64,000 nt of DNA. Origin: a virus (lineage: Duplodnaviria; Caudoviricetes). Below, one piece after another: positions 19,475 to 30,200 of the stretch (the first letter of the stretch is position 1; every line of letters begins with the position of its first letter). The notes under the pieces are model-generated. The model made no database searches and was not told where the DNA came from. It saw only the letters and a list, made by a program, of their open reading frames with translations. Location: positions 192,001-256,000 of IMG/VR virus record IMGVR_UViG_3300028591_005215; one strand, written 5' to 3'. The position numbers were made by a program, and so were the translations under genes.

Positions 19475-22400
19475 ATGAAAGTTTTAAAACGTGATAAAAC
19501 CGTTGAAGAGTTTCAGATTGATAAGGTAGAAAAAGCGATACGTGCAGCTTTTGAATCTTTAAAAAAAACACCTGAATTAGATGCATTGGATTGTATTAAA
19601 TCAATATACAATGAAAATGAAGATATTGTGGTTGATGTTGAAGAAATTCAAGACAATGTGGAACGATGCTTAATGGGTTCAAATCCAGACGTAGCGAAAG
19701 CGTATATTATATATAGATATGAGCATAAAGTAATTAGAGAAAGTCAAAGCAAACTTACTAAGGGTTTACGTAAAAAATTATTGGCTGAAGATGTTCAGAA
19801 TCAGAATGCGAACGTTGATGAATATTCGTTTGGTGGTAGAATAGGTGAAGCAAGTAGATTAGTAACTAAGCAATATGCTCTTGATTATTGTATGTCAAGA
19901 AAATCAAGAAATAATCACCTTAACAATGAAATTTATATCCATAAGCTAAAAATTGTGGCATAAATCAGTAATGATTTATTGAAAACTGCGTGAACACATG
20001 ACTCATGTGGTGTGGGGGTGTACAAATTAAAATATCGTGATATTTATATATGTAAACCTGCTAACGGTATCAGCTAAATAAGGGGAATGAATCAACCACG
20101 AATACGCTGACTAAGAGAACTTACGGTCTATAATATGATAGATAGCAAGCAATACCGTGCTAAACTAAGTTTTTAATAAATTGAGGCATGAATAATTTTT
20201 ATGTATATTTTTGGTTCTATAAAAATACTGACGAAGTATTTTATATAGGAAAAGGTAAAGGAGATAGATTCTTAGAGCGTAAAGCTCATAGAAACGAATA
20301 CTTTAAAAATATATTAAATAAAGAAAGAGATAATGTAGATGTTAAAATATTCAAAAGTAATCTAACAGAAAAAGATGCATTTGAATTAGAAAAAAAACTA
20401 ATTAAAGAATACAAAGAAAAAGGGCAAGCAAAGGCTAATCTTCATGAAGGAGGTTGTGGTGGTAATACTGGTAATTACGATAATCCTGTAAGAAGTAAAA
20501 AGTTAAGTGATTTTGCTAAAAGTAGAGTTGGTAATAAAAACCCTATGTGGGGTAGGACCCATACAGAAGAAGTTAAAAAAAGACTTAGAGAAATTAATAT
20601 AGGTAAAAAATTAACTCAAGAACATAAGGATAAACTTATAAAAGCCAACACTGGCAGAGTAAAAACTAAGTCTGAGATTGAAAAACTAAGATTAGCAAAT
20701 TTAGGTAAAAAACTAAGCAAAGAATCCTACGATAAAATGATGGATAAAGATTGCCCATACCTATATGAAGTATTTTTTAATGGGGAAAAAATATATGAAT
20801 GTTTAGGTCATACTAAGTTGTTTAATTATTGTCGTGATAAGTTTGGCATATCAAGAACAATAATTGAACAAATCATCAAGAAAGAATGGAAGCCTAAATT
20901 TAAAAAACATCAAAAATTATCCAGCCTCAAAATATTAAAAACAGAAAGAAGTGTATCGACTAAAGGCGATGAGTGTAGCCTTGTAGGGTAGAAATGAGTA
21001 CTACTCGAAGTGCGTGGCATCCTAAAGAGGATGGTGAGATAGTCAGTTCAATATAGAAATATATTGAGTAAACGGATTTAGATTCATATGCAGTAGGTAT
21101 GCATAACTGTCTAAGTATTCCTATTGATGATTTATTAGCCAAAGGCTTCAATACAAGACAGACTGATGTTAGACCTGCTAATTCAATTAACACAGCATTC
21201 CAATTGTTGGCAGTAGTGTTTCAATTACAATCATTGCAACAATTTGGCGGTGTATCATACACACATCTTGATTGGTCTATTGTACCATATGTTAGAAAAT
21301 CATTTACTAAGCATCTACAAAATGGCTTAGTATATGTTGAACGTTTAAGTGAATATAAAGCAAATAGATTTATTAAATGGGTTCAGAACGATAAAGAAAA
21401 TCATCCTGACGGAACAATTCATTTTGATGATGAAGATTTTAAGGTAAAGCATGAAGATGCTTGGGAATATGCAATGGCAATGACTGAAAAAGAATTGTCA
21501 CAAGCAGTTGAAGGTCTTTATCATAATCTCAACACATTGCAGAGCAGAAGTGGAAATCAATTGCCATTCACATCTATCAACTACGGCACTTGTACATTGC
21601 CTGAAGGTAGAATTGTGACAAAAGCTTTATTGGAAGGCTCTATTAAAGGTGTTGGTAAATTCCATAAAACACCAATTTTCCCTTGTGGTATTTTCCAATG
21701 TATGAAAGGTGTTAACAGGAAAGAAGGTGACCCTAACTATGATTTATTTAAATTAGCACTAAAGTCTACTTCGCAAAGACTTTATCCTAATTATGTAAAC
21801 GTAGATTGGTCAGTTAATGAGGGGTATGATAGAAATGACCCAAGAACATATACTGCCACGATGGGTAAGTGTAAACTACAGCTCATCGCAAAAATCTCTT
21901 GAACCACGCTCGTGGGTGTCCAGAAATGGGCTAACGGTTAGGTCTTTTTAAGATAAAGATGAGACCGTGTGAAGATTTATCATGATATTATGATAAATAA
22001 CATGTATCGACTATCCCTGATGAATGTAAGGGAGTAGGGATGGAGATAAGCACCATCCCCAAGCGGGAGACTACGAAAGTAGAAGATATAGTCAGTTCCT
22101 TTGGTGACAAAGGGTTAAAACGTGTAGAACATATAATGGTTTTGATATTAATGGTATGGGTCAAATGAAGGACGGTAGAGGTAACTTAGCACCTGTAACT
22201 ATCATTCTACCTACATTAGCAATGGAAGCAGACTGTAATACTGATAAGTTTATGAAACTTTTGGATAAGAAAATTGGCGAAGCTAAAGATATGCTTATTG
22301 AAAGATATGAACTTATGTGTAGGCAAAATCCAGCATCTGCTAAATTTATGTGGGAAAATAATGTGATGTTTGGTTATGACCCTAAAGAAGGCCCTCGTTC

Positions 22401-23067
22401 AGCATTGAAACATGGTACATTAGCAGTGGGCCAAATAGCTTTGGCAGAAACACTTCAGCTTTTAATTGGTAAAGACCATACTACAGATGAAGGTATGGAA
22501 CTTGCTAAGAAGATTGAATCATTGTTTAATAAACGATGCAAAGAATTTAAAGAAAAATATAAACTTAATTTTGGCGTTTATTATACGCCAGCAGAAAATC
22601 TTTGCCACACTGCACTAAATAAATTTAAAGCAAAATATGGTGTTATCAAAAATGTTTCTGATAAGGAATTCTTCACTAATTCAATGCATGTTCCTGTATG
22701 GAAGGAAATGACTCCTTTCGAAAAGATAGACATTGAATCACAGTTAACAAATTATTCAAATGCAGGCTGTATCACTTATGTTGAATTACCTGCTTCAACA
22801 AAGAATAATATAGAAGCTTTGGAAACTATTGTTAATTATGCAATGGATAAAGACATACCTTATTTTGCGATTAATGTACCAAATGATACTTGCAATGATT
22901 GTGGCTATGTAGATGAAATGAATGATACATGCCCTATGTGTGGCGGACACCACATTTCTCACTTAAGACGTGTAACAGGCTATTTAACAGGTGATTATAA
23001 AACAGCCTTCAACGAAGGTAAACAAGATGAAGTAGAACATAGAGTAAAACATATTAAACAATTTTAA
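19475..23067 (+). CDS. nrdD: Anaerobic (class III) ribonucleotide reductase, join(19475..19942,21075..21866,22123..23067), 734 aa
   Basis: ATP cone (MKVLKRD); exon joins restore IYIH|DLDSYAVGMHNC and ATMG|CRT in frame; TPAE; CxxC...CxxC; RRVTGYL glycyl-radical loop. Confidence 0.95.
19943..21074 (+). mobile_element. Group I intron 1 in nrdD (1132 nt) carrying a GIY-YIG endonuclease
   Basis: 5' splice site after U with P1 CCAU|AA pairing to UUGUGG (U.G); P4 AACGGU/ACCGUG; P7 GACUA/UAGUC; terminal G (AAACG). Confidence 0.92.
20188..20991 (+). CDS. Intron-encoded GIY-YIG homing endonuclease with NUMOD3-like repeats
   Basis: FYVY...FYIGKG...R, E..LI, N...GG; NPMWGRTHTEE.K, GKKLTQEHK. Confidence 0.88.
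   Translation: MNNFYVYFWFYKNTDEVFYIGKGKGDRFLERKAHRNEYFKNILNKERDNVDVKIFKSNLTEKDAFELEKKLIKEYKEKGQAKANLHEGGCGGNTGNYDNPVRSKKLSDFAKSRVGNKNPMWGRTHTEEVKKRLREINIGKKLTQEHKDKLIKANTGRVKTKSEIEKLRLANLGKKLSKESYDKMMDKDCPYLYEVFFNGEKIYECLGHTKLFNYCRDKFGISRTIIEQIIKKEWKPKFKKHQKLSSLKILKTERSVSTKGDECSLVG
21867..22122 (+). ncRNA. Group I intron 2 in nrdD (256 nt, no ORF)
   Basis: P1 GAUGGGU| pairs with GCUCAUC (U.G at the splice site); AACGGU/ACCGUG; UAUCGACUA...GAUAUAGUCAGUUC; ends AAAACG before TGT (Cys). Confidence 0.92.
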
Positions 23068-23071
23068 AAAA

Positions 23072-23560
23072 ATGAGAATTTGGAGTATTACTTACCCAGA
23101 TGTTAATAATGGATTGGGATGTAGAGCTACTTTATGGTTGGCAGGTTGTTCACATCATTGTGAAGGATGCCAAAATAAAAAAACTTGGGACTTTAAAAGT
23201 GGTAGAGAATTTACTGAAGAAGACAAGAGTAAATTATTTGAGATATTATCTAAACCATATATCAAAGGACTTACATTAAGTGGTGGCGACCCACTTGATT
23301 CCTTTGATGACGTGTTAAATTTAGTTAAGGAAATGAAAGAAAGATTTCCATCTAAAGACGTTTGGTTGTATACAGGTTATACATTAGAAGAGATACAAAA
23401 TTGTAATAAGAAAGAAATTTTACCTTATGTGAATTATTTAGTGGATGGTGAATTCCACATTAAAGAACGTGATATTACATTAAAATTTAAGGGTTCTAAA
23501 AACCAAGTAATATGGGAAAAAGATAACGAAGGAAATTTTATTAAAAGCGAATTAAATTAA
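23072..23560 (+). CDS. nrdG: Anaerobic RNR activating enzyme (radical SAM)
   Basis: D..NG.G.R, GCSHHCEGC, GLTLSGGDPL, WLYTGY, VDG.F, GS.NQ. Confidence 0.95.
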   Translation: MRIWSITYPDVNNGLGCRATLWLAGCSHHCEGCQNKKTWDFKSGREFTEEDKSKLFEILSKPYIKGLTLSGGDPLDSFDDVLNLVKEMKERFPSKDVWLYTGYTLEEIQNCNKKEILPYVNYLVDGEFHIKERDITLKFKGSKNQVIWEKDNEGNFIKSELN

Positions 23561-23562
23561 TC

Positions 23563-23591
23563 AAAGGTGAGCAGAAATGCTCACCTTTTTT
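23563..23591 (+). terminator. Intrinsic terminator
   Basis: aaaggtgagca-gaaa-tgctcaccttt plus T. Confidence 0.88.
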
Positions 23592-23613
23592 CTATTTATA
23601 TAAAAAGTGAAAT

Positions 23614-23940
23614 ATGAAAAAAATATTATTTATTACTTTGTTCGGGTTCTTTATAGGGTGCACTCCTAAAGAAGTCATGACAAATGATATTCCATTCGGA
23701 AGCTCAATGCGAAATGTTGTTGATAACCTTTTCACTGTAGAACAATTTGATTCTATTTGCGTTAGTGATAGTATTCCTTCTGATTTAAGTAAATGGCAAA
23801 AGCTACAGTATAGGGATTTTGAGACAGGTACAGGTACAACTGACTATTTGTTCATTAAACGTATCGGTCAGAATGAGCAAATATATAGGGTATCTAAAAC
23901 ATTAGATAAATATAAAGTTACAAAAAGAGAGGTGAAATAA
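23614..23940 (+). CDS. Putative lipoprotein
   Basis: MKK + hydrophobic core + FIG-C lipobox-like site; TATTTAT at 23593-23599. Confidence 0.65.
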   Translation: MKKILFITLFGFFIGCTPKEVMTNDIPFGSSMRNVVDNLFTVEQFDSICVSDSIPSDLSKWQKLQYRDFETGTGTTDYLFIKRIGQNEQIYRVSKTLDKYKVTKREVK

Positions 23941-23948
23941 AAAATATT

Positions 23949-24575
23949 ATGAATTATGGGTTTGTACCATCTAAAATGGATGGAACTGAAAAAAAATTTG
24001 TTACTGTTGAAGGGTTAGATTTACCTGAATCGTATTCTTATGTTAATTTTTTGCCACCTATACTAAACCAAGGCGAAAGGCCTATTTGCGTACCTTGTTC
24101 AATATCAGCACATTTAAATTGGAATAAAAATGTTGATACTGATGGTGATAATAAAAGGGACAATAATGTTAAGTTACTTGATATTTATGCAAGTAGAACT
24201 ACAGGTGGGGATAATGGCATGACATTTAAAGATGCTTTGAAATATATTAAACACAATGGTGTACGTTCTGACGCAGGTGTTTTAAAAATTGATAAATATG
24301 CCTTAGTAGGTGGTGCTTTACAAATTAAACAAGCTTTATTGCTAAATGGACCACTTGTTGGTGCATTACCTGTTTATAGTACAGATAAATATTTCTGGCG
24401 TGATGAAGGATATTCATCTTTTATGGGTGGTCATGCAATATCAATAGTAGGATATGATAAAAATGGGTTGATAATTAGGAACTCTTGGGGTACATCGTTT
24501 GGTGATAATGGTTACACCCATATAAATTGGGATGAATTGAGAACATTTAAAGAAATGTGGACAATTATAGATTAA
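23949..24575 (+). CDS. Papain-family (C1) cysteine peptidase
   Basis: NQG...CV, GGHAISIVGY, IRNSWG..FG.NGY. Confidence 0.85.
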   Translation: MNYGFVPSKMDGTEKKFVTVEGLDLPESYSYVNFLPPILNQGERPICVPCSISAHLNWNKNVDTDGDNKRDNNVKLLDIYASRTTGGDNGMTFKDALKYIKHNGVRSDAGVLKIDKYALVGGALQIKQALLLNGPLVGALPVYSTDKYFWRDEGYSSFMGGHAISIVGYDKNGLIIRNSWGTSFGDNGYTHINWDELRTFKEMWTIID

Positions 24576-24583
24576 GTGAATAT

Positions 24584-24621
24584 TAATGCCTTGGGTATCA
24601 AAATCCAAGGCATTATTGTTT
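24584..24621 (+). terminator. Hairpin/terminator
   Basis: taatgccttgg...ccaaggcatta. Confidence 0.7.
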
Positions 24622-24677
24622 AATAAACACCATAAAATTATATAATTTAGATAATTATAGTTAATAAAAATATTACT

Positions 24678-25067
24678 ATGGCTAAAATTCAATATTTTGG
24701 TATAAAATACCCATTTACAAACAAAGATTTCCAAAAATTCTTTATGGATGTAAATAACGACGAAAAAGATAAAGTCAGAAGCCAAATAATGCACGTAATT
24801 TTTACACCAAAAGGACAAAGACTCCGTGAGCCAGATTTTGGCACTGATTTAATTAGATATATTTTTGAGCCAAACGATAATATAACATGGGATGGTTTAA
24901 AAAACGAAATAACTGATTCAGTACAACGTTATGTAGATAACGTTATTCTAAATGACATACAAGTAGCTAAAAGTGATGACGAAGCTAATGCAGTATATGT
25001 TAGAATAGACTATTCGGTTAAGCAAGGAAATAAATTATCAAAAGATAGTATTGTAACAGAATTATAA
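24678..25067 (+). CDS. Baseplate wedge subunit, gp25-like
   Basis: FTPKGQR...PDFGTDL...IFEP. Confidence 0.88.
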   Translation: MAKIQYFGIKYPFTNKDFQKFFMDVNNDEKDKVRSQIMHVIFTPKGQRLREPDFGTDLIRYIFEPNDNITWDGLKNEITDSVQRYVDNVILNDIQVAKSDDEANAVYVRIDYSVKQGNKLSKDSIVTEL

Positions 25068-27070
25068 TGGACAAAAAAATCAATTATTTAGCAAGGAATT
25101 ATTCTGATTATCGTTCAGAGTTAATAGATTTTAGCAAAAAATATTATCCTGAGTTATCAGACGATTTCAACGATTCGTCTGTTGGCGCTTGGTTTGTTGA
25201 TTTAGTATCATCAGTTGCGGATAATTTGTCGTATCATATAGATAGGATGTATCAAGAGACTAATCCTAATTCTGCAACGTTAAAAAGTTCTATTTTAAAC
25301 AATGCACGTTCTAACGGGTTGAAAATACCAGGTGCTAAAGCAAGTATGTGCGAAATTAGGCTAAGTTGCGTTTTACCTGTTAATGATACACAAGAAAATA
25401 ATCTATCAGCCCCTAATTGGAATTATGCACCTATTGTTAGAAAAAATACAATAGTATCGGCAGGTAATTATCAATTTCATTTGACTGAAGATGTTGATTT
25501 TGCTGAACAATTTAACAGTGAAAGTTTTTCTAACAGGTCTTATGAACCTAATAGGAATTCTAACGGGTCAATTACAAGTTATACTGTTTCTAAAACAACT
25601 ATAGCGGTAAATGGCGTGTCAAGAATTTTTAAAAAAGTTCTTCAATCTACTGATATTAAGCCATTTATGGAAATAGTTTTACCAGATACTAATGTAATGA
25701 ATATAGAATCTATTATATTTAAAGAATCTTCTGATTTTTCTAATGACCCAGATATACAAGAATTTTATTATGACGAAGAACAGTACAAAGTAGATAAAAA
25801 TGCTGCAATGACATATAGGTATTTCGAAACTAATTCTTTGGCTGACCAATGGAGATTTGGTACAGAATCTAATTTCGATAATAATATTATTAAAGATACC
25901 TTAAATCCTGAACTTTATGAAGATTATGCCATAAATGGGGACGATAACAAAATGGTAAGATATTATAAAGGTAAATGGAAACCTGTCACACAAAAATATA
26001 TCACTGAATACACTGACAATGGGTACATTAAAATTATTTTTGGTAGTGGGGTTAATTATGACGAGATACCTGAAGGAAGTAGCAAATATGGTGAATATCG
26101 TGCAAGCAAAATTATAAATAATGATATGTTAGGTGTGCTTCCAAGGCAAGGGTGGACTATGTATGTTTTATATGAAATAGGTGGTGGCTCTGAAACAAAT
26201 TTAGCAGTAGGGGCAATAAATTCCATTTCATTACTTAATGCACAATTTCATAGTGATGGGCTTAGTGATAAAGTAAAAGGAAGTGTATTAACAAGTATGT
26301 CAGTCACAAACATATCCCCATCTGTAGCAGGTAAAGATGCACCTTCAACTGAAGAAATTAAATATTTAACCAAATACAATAATGCTTCACAGGAACGTTG
26401 TGTGACTGTTAAAGATTATAAAACAAGGCTTATGATGATGCCACCTAAATATGGTGCACCTTTTAGGTCATCAGCAATTGAAGAAAACAATAAAATCGTT
26501 ATCAGCTTATTGGGTTTAGATTCAAATGGTAAACTTGATAAATCTTTGCCAGAAGCCTTAGTTAATAATATTATGGAGTATATGTCACATTATAGGACAA
26601 TAAACGATTACATCGAAATTAAAAGTGGTAAAATATACAATTTAGGCTTTTCAGTAGATGTTTTTATTGATAAATCATATAATTCAGCTAATGTCATAGA
26701 GAATATTATTAATAAGATAAAAGATTATATGTCAGTTGAAAAACATGACATGGGTGAAGATATTTTCATTGGCGATTTAGAAAAAGAAATAACACTAATA
26801 GATGGTGTATTAAGCTTGATTTCTTTAAGGGTTTATAACATTTATTCAGACAATAACGGAAATTACAGTACTGATAAAGCGCCTTACCCTTTGTTAGATA
26901 ATAGTAATGATTGTACACCTAATAACTCACCAACATTTATGATTGGAGAAAGCGTATACAAGCCTATTGATTTAGACTCTATTGACAGGGTATTGTATAG
27001 TGATTATAATTCACAATTTGAAATATTAAACCCTACACAGGACATACAAATAAGATGCAAATTAAAATAA
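25067..27070 (+). CDS. Baseplate wedge protein, T4 gp6/baseplate-J-like
   Basis: NYLARNY...ELI, D.LSY.ID, IIFG.G, GG...N, SQERCVT.KDY. Confidence 0.8.
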   Translation: MDKKINYLARNYSDYRSELIDFSKKYYPELSDDFNDSSVGAWFVDLVSSVADNLSYHIDRMYQETNPNSATLKSSILNNARSNGLKIPGAKASMCEIRLSCVLPVNDTQENNLSAPNWNYAPIVRKNTIVSAGNYQFHLTEDVDFAEQFNSESFSNRSYEPNRNSNGSITSYTVSKTTIAVNGVSRIFKKVLQSTDIKPFMEIVLPDTNVMNIESIIFKESSDFSNDPDIQEFYYDEEQYKVDKNAAMTYRYFETNSLADQWRFGTESNFDNNIIKDTLNPELYEDYAINGDDNKMVRYYKGKWKPVTQKYITEYTDNGYIKIIFGSGVNYDEIPEGSSKYGEYRASKIINNDMLGVLPRQGWTMYVLYEIGGGSETNLAVGAINSISLLNAQFHSDGLSDKVKGSVLTSMSVTNISPSVAGKDAPSTEEIKYLTKYNNASQERCVTVKDYKTRLMMMPPKYGAPFRSSAIEENNKIVISLLGLDSNGKLDKSLPEALVNNIMEYMSHYRTINDYIEIKSGKIYNLGFSVDVFIDKSYNSANVIENIINKIKDYMSVEKHDMGEDIFIGDLEKEITLIDGVLSLISLRVYNIYSDNNGNYSTDKAPYPLLDNSNDCTPNNSPTFMIGESVYKPIDLDSIDRVLYSDYNSQFEILNPTQDIQIRCKLK

Positions 27071-27072
27071 CT

Positions 27073-27273
27073 ATGTGTAAAAACTGTAAACGTATTAGAA
27101 CATATAAAGAACTTAGAACTTCTATAAATAATGGTGAAAAAAAACTTAAATTATCGAAATTTATGAAGATAAGGGTTCTTTTAAAACACATAGCATTTAC
27201 ATTTAAGGAAAATGTTATGTTTGCTTATAATTTATTTCGTTATGATGACTTGAAACAATGGACAAAACTTTAA
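27073..27273 (+). CDS. Small basic hypothetical protein (MCKNCK...)
   Basis: ATG 2 nt after the gp6 stop; fills the gap before the next gene. Confidence 0.45.
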   Translation: MCKNCKRIRTYKELRTSINNGEKKLKLSKFMKIRVLLKHIAFTFKENVMFAYNLFRYDDLKQWTKL

Positions 27274-30200
27274 GAATAAAAGCGGATATTGGTAAAGATA
27301 AAGTGTTGCATTTAAATATGAAGCAAAATGTTGATTTATTTGAAATATTATCTTTACAATTATCCCAAGAAGATGCTTATAAAATACATTCTGCTAATTA
27401 TGGCGTTATTGTTGGACGAGTATTAGCTAATGATGCATTTGGTATACCAAATGCAAAGGTTTCTGTTTTTATACCATTGACTGACGAAGATTCACTAAAT
27501 AATGATTTAGTGAATCTTTACCCTTATAAGGAGGTTAATGATACTAATAAAAACGGCAAAAGATACAACATACTACCAAATTATTCTGAAAATAAATGCT
27601 ATAGCAAAGTAGGCACTTTTCCTTCAAAAAGGTTGGTGTTAGACAATGATTCTATGTTGGAAGTTTATGACAAATATTATAAATATACAACAACTACAAA
27701 TAAAGCAGGTGATTATATGATTTTTGGTGTACCTACAGGTAGTACACAAATTCATGTGGACATTGACCTTTCTGACATAGGTATCATTTCGCAAAAGCCT
27801 AGAGATTTAATATCTAAAGGATATAGCATAAACCAATTCCAAAGCCCAACAAAGTTTAATGAAAGTAATACTTTAGATGATTTAGCACAGCTTTACAGTC
27901 AAAATGAAACAGTAATGGTTTACCCTTTTTGGGGTGATGAAAATTTCGAACAGATTGCTATTTCAAGGAAGGATGTAAGCATACAATATGAATTTACTAC
28001 ATCTTGTGTGTTTTTAGGGTCAGTTATTACTGACAGTAGGAATAACAACATATCATTTGATTGTGACGTAAGTGAAAATATGGGTGAAATGTCACAATTA
28101 GTGCCAAACGAAGGCACTATAGAAATGATAAGAAAAACACCTTATGGAAATGTAGAAGAATTGGTAATCAAAGGAAACCAACTGATAGATTCAGATGGGA
28201 CGTGGTGCTATCAAATACCTATGAATTTAGACTACGTTGGAATGGATGAAAAAGGCAATATTGTGCCTACCAACGACCCTACTAAAGGAATACCAACAAG
28301 GGCAAGTGTTAGATTTAGATTTTCGTTAACCGAAAATAGTGATAGTACAATATCAAGGCACAAAGCTAAATATTTAGTCCCAAATAACCCTAAAATAAAT
28401 GATGGTGGCCTACGTTCCCCTATTTTGGTTGACGATGATTATGATAATATGTATGAATTTGGTACTAATACACCTGATTCTTGCTTTAGGGATTTATTAT
28501 GGGATTGTGTATATAGTGTCAAGAATTATATACCAAGAACACAAATAAATAATTATTTATCGCAATATTACACAGGTATAAAGGGTGTTAATAAAGAATC
28601 GTCTAGCAGCAAAAACATTTTTCCTTACAATAAGATAAGAACAAAAGTTAATCTTTCTACAAATGAAATATTAAGTAACTTTTGGGATGACTTTTTTAGT
28701 GAAAAAGCAGAAGTAAAACAATTCCAATATGTTTTTTGGGATAGCGCTGTAAATAGAACACAATATCCAGAACTTGACACATATATAGAAAGTGTTCTTG
28801 AAGAAGATGACGCAATATCGTTAGATTTCTATAATGATTGGATAAATGGGTGCTTATATTTTCCATTATGGTATTGGAGGAATAACGCAACTAATTCATT
28901 AAATGGCAATGTTTCCTACATTGATACATTTTGCTCAAGCAGTAAAAGCTATAATAATTTAATTTTAGCTGATACTGGCAATTTGCCAATATGCTTTGAG
29001 GGGTATGGTGGACTTGCATCCGATACGATGTATGTTAAAAATCATTTAATATATGATAATAATAAGAATGCATTAAATGACGCCCCAAGAACTAATGGCA
29101 AATATTCTTTTTTTTATAGAATTTTTAATTATTTTAGAAATTTATATACAACATATTTTGATGACGTTGTATATAGATATGATAAAATAATAAACTATAT
29201 GAAACTGAATAATGGGTTAATTAAAAATGTATTAAATAAAGATGGTATTAACATATATTATTACAATTCATCGCAATATTCAGAAGGTACTTCTAATAAA
29301 ATAATTAGAAGACTATATTCAACTGATATTATCCTATTAGGCAGTTTATCTGATTCTGATATTAATGGAATACCTAAATTTAGTAACATTTACCCTATGT
29401 CATCTTGTAATTTACCGCCTATGGGTACGCATAGTGATGATGAAGGAAATAATAGTGTTACGGGTATGCATTGGGGTACATCTAAAGATGATGAAAATAT
29501 AGACCTTGATGATGAAGGCTATAGAATGAGGAAAGGCTTATTCTTTGGCACAAGAAGAAATTGGTACACTTTTTATGAATATATATGGTTGCTTATTGGT
29601 AGAAAAGAATACAAAAGTATAATTACTGCATATACTAGCCCCAAAACATTTATTAATCTTGAAAGAATTTGCGAACTTGGCGTATCTCTTGATATGCCTA
29701 TAGCAGATAAAAACGGTGATGGACTAATAACTGTAGATGAAATACAAGATAATTATTCAAGGCAAATTTTCTCAACATTAAATTCGAATACACTATTAGT
29801 GTCAGATGATTCTGTTAATAGTATCACAGGATACAATTTTTATAAATTGAAATATCTTTGCCCTTATGATTTTAATGGGTTATTAAAAAACTATAAAGAA
29901 TATTATGCAAATGATTCAGATGCTACTATACCTGAAGAAGAGAATGGTTTTGATGAAGTTGACAATGATTATCTTAAATTCAGGTTTGGTGAAACACCTA
30001 AGTTTTATATAAAAAGGCCTAATGATGAATACTTTTTCCCTTTATATAATAATTCATTTTATTTTTATTTTGGTATTAATGAAGGTAGTACTGCAATAGA
30101 TAAATTTAAACGTGATTATATAGATGAATGCTTAACCGATTCTGATAGTACGTCAAATATGAATGTACAAATAAATTATACTGCATCAACTTATTGTAAT

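Noticed and set aside
19475-23067. nrdD as a pseudogene or three separate genes
   Set aside because: The breaks coincide with group I splice signals and the exons join in frame, restoring conserved motifs
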